Positions 9,946 through 23,103 of a stretch of DNA of 64,000 nt are shown here, one piece after another (the stretch's first letter is position 1; each line of letters begins with the position of its first letter). Source of the stretch: Felis catus (taxonomy: Eukaryota). A program made the position numbers and the translations under genes. The notes beneath the pieces were generated by a model. That model worked only from the letters and a program-made list of their open reading frames with translations, was not told the origin of the DNA and did not search any database. The stretch spans positions 98,830,001-98,894,000 of the forward strand of contig NC_058368.1 of NCBI RefSeq assembly GCF_018350175.1, written 5' to 3'.

Positions 9946-11894
9946 CAACAGTACATAATGGCAAAATCAGATGTTCCTCAGAATTAAAATGCAGCAGTGG
10001 TTCATTTCATCCCTACTCATTTCACCGAAATGGGTAGCTATTCTGACAGAGTGTGGAGAAGATTACAGTGAGCATATGCCAGAATTTTCCAAGTTCATTA
10101 TCATAGTCAGGTCATAAATAGTACTTCACGCATTTTCATAGGATGTATTGTGGTCCCCCCAAGACCGTATATGGAGTGTCCCGTTGACCCAGTACATGGC
10201 CAAGCCCTCCTCACACTGAGCATTCCTCCAGGACATACCATAAACCAGTATGTTGAAGCAGTGGGATGGTTTGCCTCCTGCATCAGCAAGCTCTCTGCCT
10301 TCCAAGGAAATCGCTATTTATCAGATCTACAGCGTAAAATAAAGACGCTTCTGGAATAGGATGTTTTTAGTATCAGCCTTAACGCTGTTTCCCCTCAGAG
10401 TTGAAATATGTCAGGGGTCTTTGTCATATTTTAGGAGGAAGAGAAGAAATCCTTCCCTCCTAACATCTTACAAAAGCCCTCTCTTAAGTCTAACTTGCCA
10501 GCTTACGTCACTTACCCATCCATGGACCACGTTAACTTCCCAACTACTGTGATGTGGACTGATTGGATATTTTGTGAACTAGAAATGAGCTTATCTGTCC
10601 TAGAATTATGAAAACAGGTGCATACCTGAACAAAAGTTGTCCATGACGTGGCAAGAGTAGAGGGATTCATCTTTGGTGGAAATTCGTTTATTGTGCAGCT
10701 TAATAAAGAATGCTTTAATCTTTTAGACTATCTGGCTTTTGATCTCAAAACTTTAATTTTTTGTTGCTACAGGGAGATAGTCATATTTCTTTGTCGCCGT
10801 TTTCAAGCCGTATTATGGTAATTTGGAATCCTTTTTTTCACAACTTCCTTTTAAAAGATGATAGTATACCTTAGGCAGATTAACAGAAAAAAAATAGGCA
10901 TTACTTTTTGAAGGAACAATTTCATGAGTAAAAAAATAGAGGATGTCATGTCGCATATTTACTCAGCATGATTTTCTTTCCTGTGTGTGTTGGCGATGAA
11001 GATAATGCAAGCAGAATAAATCCAGTGTTGTTGTTGTTTTTTTTTTTTCCAGAAAGTTACAGAACATAAGACCAATTATAAAGACAGGCCATCATCTAAA
11101 ATTTATTAATTGTTTGATAAGTATATTTAATAAATCTGACCCAAGTAAATAAAGAATTGACTCACCAAATACCAAAATATTATATTCTTAACATTTTCAT
11201 GCATTCATTGAGGCTTGATATGAATAAATCCAAGATTTCATCATCTTTCTAGGTTTTAATAATTACTCTCTTTCCAATGTGTATCCATTGTTAGACCATG
11301 TAGTGTTATAAGCAGTCTTTGAATACATGCAGCTTTCTCCCTTCAGCCCATCTTCCTTCCACAGCCAGTTATGTGTGACCTAATAATTAGCTTTTAGTTC
11401 AAAACACTGACACCTGTCAATGTCTGGGAGCCAATATGGATCTCAACGTAGAGCTTCTTAGCAGCCACAAATCATGCACAGAGTAGATAACTCCATTGCA
11501 ATAAGGCAGATTGAATAAGCTGAATAATTCATGCTGATCCAGTAAGGACATTGAGCCAGATGCTTAGATACAACCAGTGAGGTTCAAATTCACATCTCTT
11601 CTTCCAAGTATAGACCAAAGGTACCCCATGGGAAATCATCTTTTTAAGTGTGATTGGTGACATACGCCAAAACGACAATACCTGCTTTTGTTCAACACAT
11701 TTACAAGTAAATTTTGGCCTGGAAAGCTGAATTAAATCCCAACCTAAAAAAGATAAGAGGTATTGACCTTCTTCTCTTATTACACTTTATTATATAATCA
11801 GCATTAATGTTAGATCATATGAGTGTTGGGACTTTCTTTTGAGTTTATTTCCATATGTTATTTCATTTTTTTTCATTAAGGTATGGAATATATT

Positions 11895-12103
11895 GGGGGT
11901 GCCTGGGTGGCTCAGTCGGTTAAGTGTCTGACTTCAGCTCAGGTCATGATCTCTTGGTTCATGTGTTCGAGCCTTGGGTGATGCTGTGCTGACAGCTTGG
12001 AGCCTGGAGCCTGATTCGGATTCTGTGTCTCCCTCTCTCCCTGCTCCTCCCCAACTTATGCTCACTCTCTCTCTCAAAAATAAATAAACATTTTTTTTAA
12101 AAA
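11895..12103 (+). mobile_element. CanSINE
   Basis: TSD aaggtatgga(a/g)tatatt at 11878 and 12104. Confidence 0.95.
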
Positions 12104-12612
12104 AAGGTATGGAGTATATTGGGCCAATGTATCTTTTCCCAACTGGTAATTTTGAAACATTCCCTGGAACTTAGGTCTTTAAATATATATAAACTTCTAA
12201 AACATGAAAAGCAATGAACATAGGCGTCATAATATTTGCCTGGAAACTTCTAATTAAAGTGTCATAAGTGGCAATGCCATTTTTATCATCAGAAAACATT
12301 GCTTTCCAAATTCAAATTCTGCCCATCATCCATTAAATCATCATAAAACAGGTCAAATAGTTGCTTTTCCTGGAGATTCCAAAGCAAAAATTCCTATTTC
12401 ATACCCCTCAGGACAGTTCTTTTTTCCAGTGTGCATTTGGAGCCTTTCATTTCCCTGAGGAGTATATACCCCCAAGTTAGCCTCCATCTTCTTTTGAACG
12501 GGATGTTCCTACAAAAGGCATGAGGGGATTGCTGCTTATGGCAACACTCATTCAGAGTGAAACATATGTTTTTGTTTGTTTGTTTGTTTGTTTGTTTTTA
12601 AAGTAGTATCTA

Positions 12613-12826
12613 GGGGCGCCTGGGTAGCTCAGTCTGTTAAGCTTCCGAATTTGGCTCAGGTCATGATCTCATGGTTCATGAGTTCTAGCCCCGCATTGGG
12701 CTCTGTGCTGAAAGAGGTTGGTGCCTGCTTCGGATTCTGTGTCTCCCTCTCACTCTGCCAGTCCCCTGCTGGCACTCTGTCTCTGTCTCTCTCAGAAATA
12801 AATAAACATTTAAAAAAATGTTTTTG
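12613..12826 (+). mobile_element. CanSINE
   Basis: TSD aaagta(g/c)tatct. Confidence 0.95.
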
Positions 12827-14134
12827 AAAGTACTATCTTTTAATTAAATTGGCCTAGGCAAGGGTTTGTCTTGCTAGTTTAAACAATGATTATCCCAATT
12901 TGGACTTAGGAGGTTATTGTATCTTATCTGAGAAAGGCAAAGAGAGCGTAAAAAATTGACCAGAGTTCCCTTCTGTCTCTACGTAGTTACAGCAGTTATA
13001 AAAGGAGATAAAACTGATTGTGTTTTTTTTTTTTTAGGTCATGCTTAAGCTAAATTTAAAATATCTGCTCAAAAATACAGGGCATGCCAAAAGAGAAATG
13101 TGCCACTCTTCCAGTTTGTTATTATATTCCTACCTTCCCTCATTAGCTTAACTTTATTCTAGAAAAAAAGGGAAATGAGCCTGGTATTAACTGAAGTGGT
13201 TTAATTAACCTAAAAAGTCTTGCATTTGAATTTTGCCTGCATCTAATTTTTTAATGAATAAAGGTCTAAGGCATGGTATTATTTGACTTTCTTTGGACAG
13301 ATCAGTAGTTGCTTGCTTTTGGCATTACCAGGAGCAGCGGCTATATACTGTCTATGCAAAACCTTTTATCTACAGATTCTAATTATAGCAAATTAGAATT
13401 AATATTTATTAATATTAATAAATTCTACAAAATCTAATTTTTGGATGCTCCATGAAGAAAAGCTTGAGTAGTCCATGTTTAATTGCAATGGGAATGATGT
13501 AATCAAGTCACGAATTGGTGCCTTCCTTGACCAAACTTTTTTCCATGGAAAATACGCAGTAATGCAATGTCAAGTCTGGCGGTTGTCCTGATTCAGTTTC
13601 TTTCCCCTGATTTTCTATTGGTAGCACATTTTGCTGCCCTTGAATTTGTAGCAGATTGCAGTGCGATGTACTTTGGTACATACTGATGATTTCTAAGTGA
13701 GGGAATGATTTATGAGCAATAAAGCTCTGTGAAAAGCCTGCATCTCATAATTAGATAAAATGCACAGAATCTCACAGTTACTAGACGCTGTCACCAAACC
13801 ACACGACATTTTCCAGGTCGATTTGCTTTTTAGGTCGATTTAAGTTTTCAGACCAAACATTTTGGAGTTTTAGAATCGTTCAAGTTGCCTGATTCTGAAA
13901 TAATGACAGATGGGTTACTTCCATGAAGGCACACAGTGGTGGTGAACATGAAACTGGAGGTAGGCACGTCTCGTGGGGCAGCAATTATGTAGGGTGTCAT
14001 TATGTTGGAAGCCCTTGGATTTATCATTCTGGTCTTTTTGAGGAAAAAACTAAAGTGGAACATAAAGACGCTCTGCCAATAACCCTCTCTCAAATATTGC
14101 TTATAATTCTGACTTCTTAATCAAGGATAAGTAA

Positions 14135-14325
14135 GCTAATATTATTAACTGTTTTCTCAAACTTTACGTACATTAGAGTTTCTCTAAGTTCTCATAGGAA
14201 TGTGTAAGACAGATGATATTACTCTGATTTTACAAGTGAAGAAATCCAGGACCTCAGTTTCAGTATTTTGCCAAAATCAACCCCTTAGTCAATGACTGAG
14301 CTGGCATTTTATGCCAGCTTGACTC
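14135..14325 (-). mobile_element. MIR fragment
   Basis: gatattactctgattttacaagtgaagaaa resembles the MIR core. Confidence 0.55.
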
Positions 14326-14974
14326 CCCATAATTTCTCCCCCATCACATCACCATTTAATTATGTTCTTCATTGCCCTGAACTTTGCAAATCTTTCCTTT
14401 ATTCTGAGCAGCTATTTTGACGCTTTGAAGGGGTTACCTAATGCTATTTTGACATTCTTAATATGTTTGATCTTTGCAGAATATAAAAGGGATTTCAGGC
14501 AATTTAGCAACCGTCTAAAATGAATGAGCTGCTGAATAATGCCAGCCTCATTTTCTCGTGTATTATATCAGCAGCCTCACCTTTCAGGGTTTTTTTTCCC
14601 CCTAAGTTCAAAGACTGTCTATTATTTTGGTTTCTTTCCCTAAGAAGTTTTGATTTCTTAGTATGAATGCCTTTTGACCATGAACATGTCACTTCCATTA
14701 CCTGTATTTCATTTCTAAATTTCATCTATTTGACATTGACCCGTGCACTAAAAATAGCAACTGATCCATTCCATGGAACCACTAAAGAACAAGCGCATTA
14801 GAGCTCTCTTTACTAAAAACTTTTCATCCTTTTGCTACTAGACTATAGATGTGATTTTCCATTGTTTGATAGTGTAGTTATCAATTCTCCCAACCACCAA
14901 AGGGAAATTTGGACCAACTAAATAAAACAGTGGAGTGCCCTGGAGTAGGTTTGGGTTGATATTGACAAAACATG

Positions 14975-15200
14975 TGATATCTAACCCTCATCAAGGACTT
15001 CCTGTATGCCAAACATTCTTCTACGTGTTTTGTATGTTGTATTTTCCCCTTGTAACACCATTTTCCCTCATAGCAACCCAGTGTATTAGACACTATCATT
15101 ATCTACATTTTACAAATGAGGAAGCTATGGCTCCAGCATCAGGCTGCCCAAGATTATAGAGCCAAGAAGTGGCCAAGCCAGAATTGCAAGACTGCCTAAA
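14975..15200 (-). mobile_element. MIR
   Basis: cctgtatgccaaacatt...ctatcattatctacattttacaaatgaggaagctatggctc...tgcccaagatt. Confidence 0.7.
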
Positions 15201-15314
15201 GCCTAGCCCCTGCATTGTGCACAGGTGACCTGTGTAGCTGAAGGTCCCTATTTCACTGGAACTTGTCTGAAGCTGTCAAAAGACATATCATGAGAGGAGA
15301 ACAGTCTCTCTTTA

Positions 15315-15645
15315 TAAGTCAAGATAGTCTAGGTATGGTAGCAAACAACCATAATATCTCAGGAGGATCTGAGTTATTTCTTGTTCACTCAAAGTTCATC
15401 TTAAGTCCCGGAGGCTCTCCAGGCAGCCATTCAGCAGTCCGGGCTCTACAGGTTTTGTAGGGACACCATCTGGTCAAGTGTCTGCTTCCAGGACCACCAC
15501 AACAGAGGATGGAGCTACTTAACTTGTGCACTCATCTCAGCCTCTGTACATGTCACTGGCCAAAGCTAGTCACTGTAGTCCCCATATGCCCAAGAAAGGA
15601 AAGGAGATCTGCACATCCATGAGTACAAGTCGTACCTACCACTGT
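15315..15645. mobile_element. old MaLR (MLT1-type) LTR fragment
   Basis: gtcaagatagtctaggtatg...aacaacc...atctcag...ttatttcttgttcac...cactggccaaagctagtcac...ctaccac. Confidence 0.5.
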
Positions 15646-15985
15646 TCCTAAAGGAGTAATTTTTTGGTGTGTGTGTAATTCGAGTATATTATAGACTATT
15701 ATAGACCCCTTCCCGTCCTTTCCTTTTCATATTACTTGATATTCATTTAATCTCATCATAAATTAGGATGACATCGTATTTTAAACAAAGATAGAGAGGA
15801 AAGAAATGGACTTAACAGCAGCCCTGGTAAAAACTTAGTGGAGGGAATTGACAGCATTTACTAAGATGAGGGATAAGTTGTATTACAGCCTTTAGCTACC
15901 ATATTTACATTCTTTCTGAGGATACTCACCAACCTACATGTGATAGTTCAGCATTTTAGAATCGCGTACTAAATTTTCAGTAGTC

Positions 15986-16190
15986 GGGGTGCCTGGGTGG
16001 CTCAGTTAGTTGTCCATCAGACTTTGGCTTAGGTCATGATCTCACTGTTAGTGCGATAGAACCCTACAGCAGGCTCACTGCTGTCAGCACGGAGCCCATT
16101 TGGGATCCTCCGTCTCCCTCTCTCTCTCTGCCCCTACCCTGGTGGCACTATCTCAAAAATAAATAAACATTAAAATAAATAAAAATAAAT
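15986..16190 (+). mobile_element. CanSINE
   Basis: Perfect TSD aaattttcagtagtc at 15971 and 16191. Confidence 0.96.
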
Positions 16191-18126
16191 AAATTTTCAG
16201 TAGTCAAATCTCTACAGATCCTTTTATAGGACATTAGGTGACTATATGAATAATTATCTTTAGAAGAATAGATAAACCTAATTTGAAGACACTTATTTAT
16301 CCAGAATAGTCCAAAGAAGTATGAAACACCACTATAGAAATTTAGGTCATTGATGATATAAATTAAGTCGTGTGTTTATAATATTCACTTAGGCAGTAGT
16401 GTGTTATGATAAAAATGTAAATTTGAAAACAGAATGCTTGGATTTGAGTCTCAATTTTTCCAACTCCCACGTGTTCCTGGTCAAATTGCTAAACCAAGTC
16501 TAGGGCTTGCTTTAAAATGAAGATAAAAATGCCCCTCTTTTCTACCTAATAAGGCTCTTGAATCACTCTCCTCCCCTGTTGTATATTCTGGGATCACCCA
16601 ACCCTTTTTATTTTTACATGTCAGGAGCGAGGAAAGTAATATCAACAGGAGGATGTTGCAATTTCTGTACAAACCCTAAATGAACTTCTAAGGCATCAGG
16701 ACCATACACAGAAGCTCTTTGTTAGGCAGAAAGGCTGGAAGGGAAATCAGACAAAGCCACGTGAATAGGATTCAACAAGTCTGCAGAGCTACCGAATAGG
16801 CAGGATCACCAATGCTTTCCACCTCATTCTTTCCAGATATCATTTATTGGTTCCAACTCCAACTTCTTTTCAATTCATGTCTCTCTTGTGGTCACAAAAT
16901 TAGAGATGATCTGCATTTCCCTTGCTTAATTTTGTCTCTTACCTTGCAAAGTCTTAGATCTGTACTTGTTGCCCACACTGCCCCGTTCACACATCTTAGT
17001 TCTACTATAGTCACCTTGACACACTTAACCATCCCCACTGCTACCCAACTCGCTAACGTTTTTCTGTTTCTCCTTAAAGTATACCACCTTCCAACATATT
17101 GTCATAAGGCCCCAATCATTTAATGAATGTGAAGTACCTTATGAACCTCAAACTTCAAACAAATGCCAATCATTGCTATGATTTTGCCATGTTTCTTGTC
17201 AAATTGCCCTGCTCCTTGTTAATCTGGTGGATTGATTTGTATTTGCCTAAATTCATGCAAATGGTATTTTATTCATGTCACTTATAAAGTAATTATTTTA
17301 CTTGGATGTTTTTATACTTATACGATCAGGTAAACTTACGATTTTCTTAGAACTTTCCAGTTCATATGTAGAAGTCTCATTTTTGGTTTATTAAATTTTA
17401 TTAATTTATAAATTAGCTAATTTTATGAATTGGTAAGTCAGAAAAGGCACATGAGAGAAATCCTAGGTGACTACAACAGAAAGCACAGCTCATTAAACTG
17501 TTTTGACAAGTGTAACTTAGTTTTAATTTTTTATGATAATATTTAATAGTACATGAATAAATTCACTTAGAATTTAATTTGTCAAACTAATTAAAGTCTA
17601 ATACCATTAGGCCTTTATAAATCTTCGAAAAGTGTTTGTTTGAATAAGAGATTAAGTCGTCAGGCTTTTGTTTAAAAAGAAAATGTCTATGTTTGTGACT
17701 AAAAACATCATTTATCAATGATATTATTAAAATCTGACAAAGCATTAACCATCGTTTTGCTTTAAGCAAAGTCTGTCATGTATTTGATTACATGTTTCAG
17801 TGAGGTATCTTTCACAAGGACTAAGGACTAAAATTTTTGATCATACTAATTTATGGATTAAGTATAAATAAATAAATAAATAAATATGGCTAATAACAGT
17901 CCAGAGTTATCATCCAGAACTTTTTCTACCAATTCCAACACTTCAAGACAAAAACAAGATATTTGGATTTACTTTACCTCCTTTTTAAAACTTCACAATT
18001 GTACCAATTGACGACTGTATTTTCCTTGCTATTTGAGATACACTACTGACATTCTGATTTTTTAATAGATTTCTAAGTGGATTTAATTATCATTACAGAG
18101 AATTAATATTAAAAATAGCTCCTCCA

Positions 18127-18240
18127 GAGGTACGTGGAGGTCCATTAAGTGTTGGACTCTTGATCTCAGTTCAGGTCTTGATCTCAGGGACTTGAGTTCG
18201 AAGCCAGTGTTGGGCTTCGTGCCCAACTTAAAAAAAAAAA
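18127..18240 (+). mobile_element. short CanSINE (tRNA-derived part + polyA, no CT tract)
   Basis: ggactcttgatctcagttcaggtcttgatctcagg...gagttcgaagcc; A-tail; TSD aaaaatag(c/t)tcctcca. Confidence 0.85.
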
Positions 18241-19723
18241 AAATAGTTCCTCCATATGACATTCTAATAAATCTGATCATCAAAAATCCAATTTGCAGCT
18301 GTATTTAATTTCTGCCTCTCCCTGGTGCCTTTTACCCAAGTAATTTGGATTTTTTCCCAACTGCCTTTCGTTTTTGTAATTTATTCCCAGTGACACTCTA
18401 CTCAGAGAGGCTTTTAGCTCATTTTCAATGTTTCGTTTGCTACCTTCCTGGTCACTTGACCTCTTGCCTGAATTTCCACTTGATTCTGCAGATATCCACC
18501 AAAGAAATTTTTCTTTCATCATTTCAGCTCAGTCCAGAAATTTCGAAGGCTCAGGTCAATCTATTTAAAATTCTTAACTGGGTCTGGCAGTTCTAGCAAA
18601 AACCCTCCCAAGGCTGCTTTTACAACCTCCCCATCTAGGGAGCCCAACACTGGTAAGACTGTTCCGGCCACATGGTCTCAGTCACCGACCCCCTGACCTG
18701 AATTACTTCCATTACTGCACCTTCTCTTGGACATGTGCCGCGGGCCTGAAATAACTTCTCCTTCCTGTTGTGGTTTTGTAAATCTTGCTGTGCAGATTCC
18801 CACCATTTATTCAAATCCTTTCCTCATCAGTCAACCAATCAATGAAGTAAAACATTTTTAAGAATGTAAAAACACCACAGTGGTAAAATAGTTACAACAT
18901 AGGTAAAAATTTTAAAAACAGGAAACATAAAGATGTATGTGGAAAACATAGTAATTAAATTAGTAATAAACTAGTAATTAAATAAATGCAAATTACTGTT
19001 TGTCTTCTCTTCACAAAATTATGTAAAGGGACATTTGCTTTCCCTGGGAAACAAAACATACAGTATTAAATTAGAAGAGACTTATAGACCCATCACTTAC
19101 TAGGTTAGAAAATTGACCTCCTACTAGGACAAATAAACTCATGCAAATGCATGTGCAGAAATGTAAGTTTCTTTGATGTAAAATGTATTCTTGTTCACGT
19201 AAGACAAATGGTCCCTAGGAGAAGAAAGATTGCTACATATCGGTGTGTGAGAATCAGAATCTGGGCGGAGAAGAAGAAATAAGCTAGAAAATTTGAGCTA
19301 ACAATGTAAGGTACTGTCACATATGCAGAAAGTGCTAGGCGAAAGGAAGGAAAGGAAGTGAAAAGGAAACTGAAAGGAAGAGCAATTGAAATCTTATACT
19401 TAAAGATTAACCTGAATACAATGGAAGAAAATGAAGGTTACACACTTAACATGTGAAAGTTTAGTTGTATTTTGGACCATTTAAACCAAGGTTATTATAA
19501 CGCACCACTCATATTTCACATTTTTATTTTTTTTTTAATTTGAAGATATACTCTACTTTGACTAACAACATGGGGAAAAGACACTTTTTCCTCTCCAGAT
19601 GTATACAGCTGATAAGAAGGATTTCAAAGAGACAATTCTGCCTATAAATGTTCCCATGAGAGTAAGACTTTCAGTTTTATATTTAGTCTTTCTATTGCAT
19701 GTGCTTAAGATCCGTCTTACCCT

Positions 19724-19945
19724 GGGGCGCCCGGGGTGGCTCAGCCAGTTGAGCATCCAACTTTGACTCAGATCATGAATGTGCGGGTTCGTGACTTTCA
19801 GCCCCAGGTGGGCTCTGTGCTGACAGCTCAGAGCCTGGAGTCTGGTTCAGATTCTGTGTCTCCCTCTTTCTCTGCCCCTGCCCTGCTCACGCTCTGTCTC
19901 TCTGTCTTTCAAAAATAAATAAAGATTTAAAAAAATTCAAAAGAA
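19724..19945 (+). mobile_element. CanSINE
   Basis: Full-length; degenerate TSD aagatc..tct.ac.c. Confidence 0.95.
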
Positions 19946-20921
19946 AGATCAATCTCACGCCAAGCTCTGTCCAAGTCACTAGGATGACATAATGGGGACA
20001 GGAATGAGTGCTCCCCGCATTTTGGCAAGGACCACAGTGCCAGATTCAGAGACAAAAGAGGTAAGTAACAATTTGCAACTGAAATTGTGCCTGGGACGTT
20101 TTCCTTACACTACCCTAAACCTGTCTCCACTTACTGGAATCAATATGCAAAGATACATGAGTCTTCTTCCCGTTGAGAACATTCAAATAGTCCTTTTCTG
20201 CTGTGTTTAGGAAACACACCAACTGTGTTTCCTAAAACTAGTGAAACAAATCCTTATGTTTTATTTCCGGGAGAGTACCTATCATGTGAGTAAGAGTGTG
20301 CAATATTCTTTCTATAGAGCGTGATAAAATTGCTTTGATAAAGACACAGCAGCCATCTCGATGTGTGTCTGTGGACTGAATCCATAGAATGAACAACAAG
20401 GTTAGAGTGTTTTATTGGTTATTTTCTATTTTCTCATAGGTTTTTCTATGGCTTTTATTTAATGTGTTATTCCTTATAATGTTTGGGCAAATGGCAGAGA
20501 TATCTGAAAAGACTCTTTTTATATATTTGGTTCAGTTGTGAGTTTTCTCATTGATAGTTTTGAAGTGTGACATTTACTTAGCTTACATGTATAAAGGTTA
20601 GTCGTAATAAGTTTCCTAATCCAAGAAATGAGGGCAGATACTCTGGATTTCTTATAACGTATGGGCTGATATAAAAAGCAGCTGATAGTACACTCATCTT
20701 TTAGAAAACAGGGCAATGGGGTTGGATTTGAAAGTATATATTACCTCAAGGTGTCTTAGAAACTGTCTTCTTCTCTTTCAAAATATTCTGTATTCCCTCA
20801 GAGGTTTTTTTTTTTTTTTTTTTTTTTTAATTATACTGTTATGGTTACCATGTTATAGTAACAATTAGTTTTTAGATGGCTGTTTCCTCTACTAGAGGTG
20901 AGCCTCTCTAGAGGTAACTTC

Positions 20922-21080
20922 ATCCTTCCTTCCCTCCTTTTTCTTTTCTTTCCTTTCCTTTTCTTTTCTTCCTTTCCTTTCCCTTTTGTTTTCCTTCCTT
21001 CCTTCCTTCCTTCCTTCCTTCCTTCCTTCCTTCCTTCCTTTTTCCTTCCTTCCTTCACTTCTTTCTTTCTTTTTCTTTAT
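20922..21080 (+). repeat. (TTCC)n/(TTTC)n pyrimidine microsatellite
   Basis: Read directly. Confidence 0.9.
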
Positions 21081-21084
21081 TAAA

Positions 21085-21240
21085 AATTATTTATTTATTT
21101 ATTTACTTGTTTATTTATTTATTTTACCTTTTGACCCCCTTCACCTCTTTCTCCACAGCCCCTGCCTGTAGCAGCCACCCATCTGTTCTCTGTATCCCTG
21201 AGCTTGGGTGTTTGTTTATTTTTTAATATTCCACATAGAT
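21085..21240 (-). mobile_element. carnivore L1 3' UTR fragment
   Basis: ttgacccccttcacc...gcagccacccatctgttctctgtatccctgagcttg...ttccacata. Confidence 0.75.
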
Positions 21241-21413
21241 ACTACCTCAAGATGTCCTAGAACTTTTTTTTAAAATAATGAATTAGATACTAACAATGCA
21301 TCAAAGTTTATCTAAGCAAAGAATTAATTTTTTTCTATCAAAATTTAAACACAGTGTTATAAGAACACAAGCCCTTACAGTCCTCTCTAAAATTCCTAGG
21401 GAAAAAAGTCCTT

Positions 21414-21626
21414 TGAAAAAAAATTAAGTTTATTTACTTATTTTGAGAGAGACAGAGACAGCAAGTCTCTGAGAGAGAGGCAAGGGACGGGGGAGAGAAT
21501 CTCAAGCAGGCTCCACACTGTCAGCACAAAGGCCATTGTGGGTCTGGAACTCACGAACCATGAGATCACGACCTGAGCTGAAATCAAGAGTGAGACACTT
21601 AACCAACTGAGCCACCCAGGCACCCC
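21414..21626 (-). mobile_element. CanSINE
   Basis: Full reverse copy; approximate TSD gaaaaaag..ctt. Confidence 0.94.
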
Positions 21627-22054
21627 AGAAAAAAGCTTCTTAACGAAGGAGGAGAGGTAGCAAACCCCTATGAAGGTGGTGGCACTTGTAGGTTCTGGGG
21701 GGATTGTGCTGTGGAAAACAGAATTTTCATCTGACCTTGGATCTTGGAAATGGGTGGTGATGGGGGCAAGGTTTCTATGAGCATAGGCAATGGACTTTGT
21801 TGGCATGAGTTCCTTTTTTTCCCCCTTTTTGGCCTAGGGGTGGGTTGCAAGTCTGAAAGAGTGCAGGGTTCCTATAAAAGAGTGGTACTGATTGCACCCA
21901 AGAGAACCTGTCTTTCTTTTCCAGATGGAGAGTTGAAGAAATCTGAGAATATATGTTCTAAAAATTCTTAGCATTTTATGGTATAGAAACTAGAGCACCA
22001 CTGTGCTGAGAAATATTTTAGATCTCAGGATATTCATTTGCTTGGCCGGATATG

Positions 22055-22233
22055 CCAGTGTGGATGTCAGTGCTGACTAGACATCATAATCACCCGGGAA
22101 GTTTTACTCCCTGAGCCCCATCCTGGACCAATTAAATCAGAATCTCCTCCTGGTGGGCCCAAACATCAGTGGATTTTAAGATTTTAAAATTACCCATGTG
22201 ATTCCAGGACGTCATCATGATTAAAAACCTCTG
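22055..22233. mobile_element. MER5-type hAT MITE
   Basis: catcataatcacccggg...ccccatcctggaccaattaaatcagaatctc...gggcccaaacatcag...atgtgattc...aaaaacctctg. Confidence 0.7.
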
Positions 22234-22921
22234 AATAATAGTGAACAATAAAATGGTACATCTGGTATTAATTATTGTATCCTAATGGCAATAGTATGAA
22301 ATCAGTACTTAGGGAGCCTATTTACATCTTTATTTTGCATAGGAGGAAGAGACAGGAATATATTTAGAAATCTACATTTTAAAAAGTTTAAGTGGAGCAT
22401 TAAAATCTCGTTTCAGTGAATGCAGTGTTAAAAAAAGGTAATTAATCCCTCAGCTAGAGATCCCTTTAAGGTAAATTTAAAGTGGCCAATATATGGTTTC
22501 TGTGAATTCTCTTACCGCTCAAAGTTTCTGTGATTCCCTGGGTTAACATCTATTTCAAGAAGTTAAAAGTAAAATTTAACATTAAATTGTGACAAAAACC
22601 AAAAGTTTAGTTGTGTAAGTTTTAAGAATACTGCTTAAGTATTAGTAATATACTTAGGTATCAGAAATTCTAAACCTATTATGACTATAGACCATTACTC
22701 TAGTTTTATGACAATAATTCATTATCAGTCAGCTGTTATTCATATTGTTAATGGTAACTTTAAGGTAAAGTATCCAATATAATGTTCTGACATTGTCAGA
22801 AATCTTATATTCTTATGACCTCCCTCAGTTTCTACTTTTCCACAACTCATGTCCATTGTAATAAATTATCTTGGTATTTTCCACACGTGCTTTAAACAAA
22901 TTTCAAGTGTCTATCACTTTC

Positions 22922-23103
22922 ATTTATTTATTGTTTATTTTGCGGGAGAGCACATGTGAGTAGGGGAGGGGCAGAGAGGGAGAGAGAGAATCCCAAGCAG
23001 GCTCCGTGCTGTCCAAGCTCGACATGGGGCTCGAAATCACAAACTTTGAGATCATGATCTGGGCCAAGATCAAGAGCTGGACACTCAATTACCCAGGTGC
23101 CCC
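22922..23103 (-). mobile_element. CanSINE
   Basis: Reverse copy; TSD c.ctttcattt. Confidence 0.92.

Larger units (their letters stand above)
9341..9965 (+). other. PRR16: PRR16 3' UTR (end approximate)
   Basis: Follows the TGA; AT-rich and free of interspersed repeats; AATAAA at 9432 and 9940, ATTAAA at 9833. Confidence 0.7.

Noticed and set aside
13404..13423. 20-bp perfect palindrome atttattaatattaataaat
   Set aside because: AT-only and low complexity; plausible by chance or slippage.
15986..16070. tRNA genes suggested by A-box/B-box-like motifs
   Set aside because: These are the tRNA-derived heads of CanSINEs, with no complete cloverleaf.
20831..21171. Lys/Arg/Glu-rich and Phe/Leu/Ser-rich ORFs
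   Set aside because: Translations of the (TTCC)n microsatellite.
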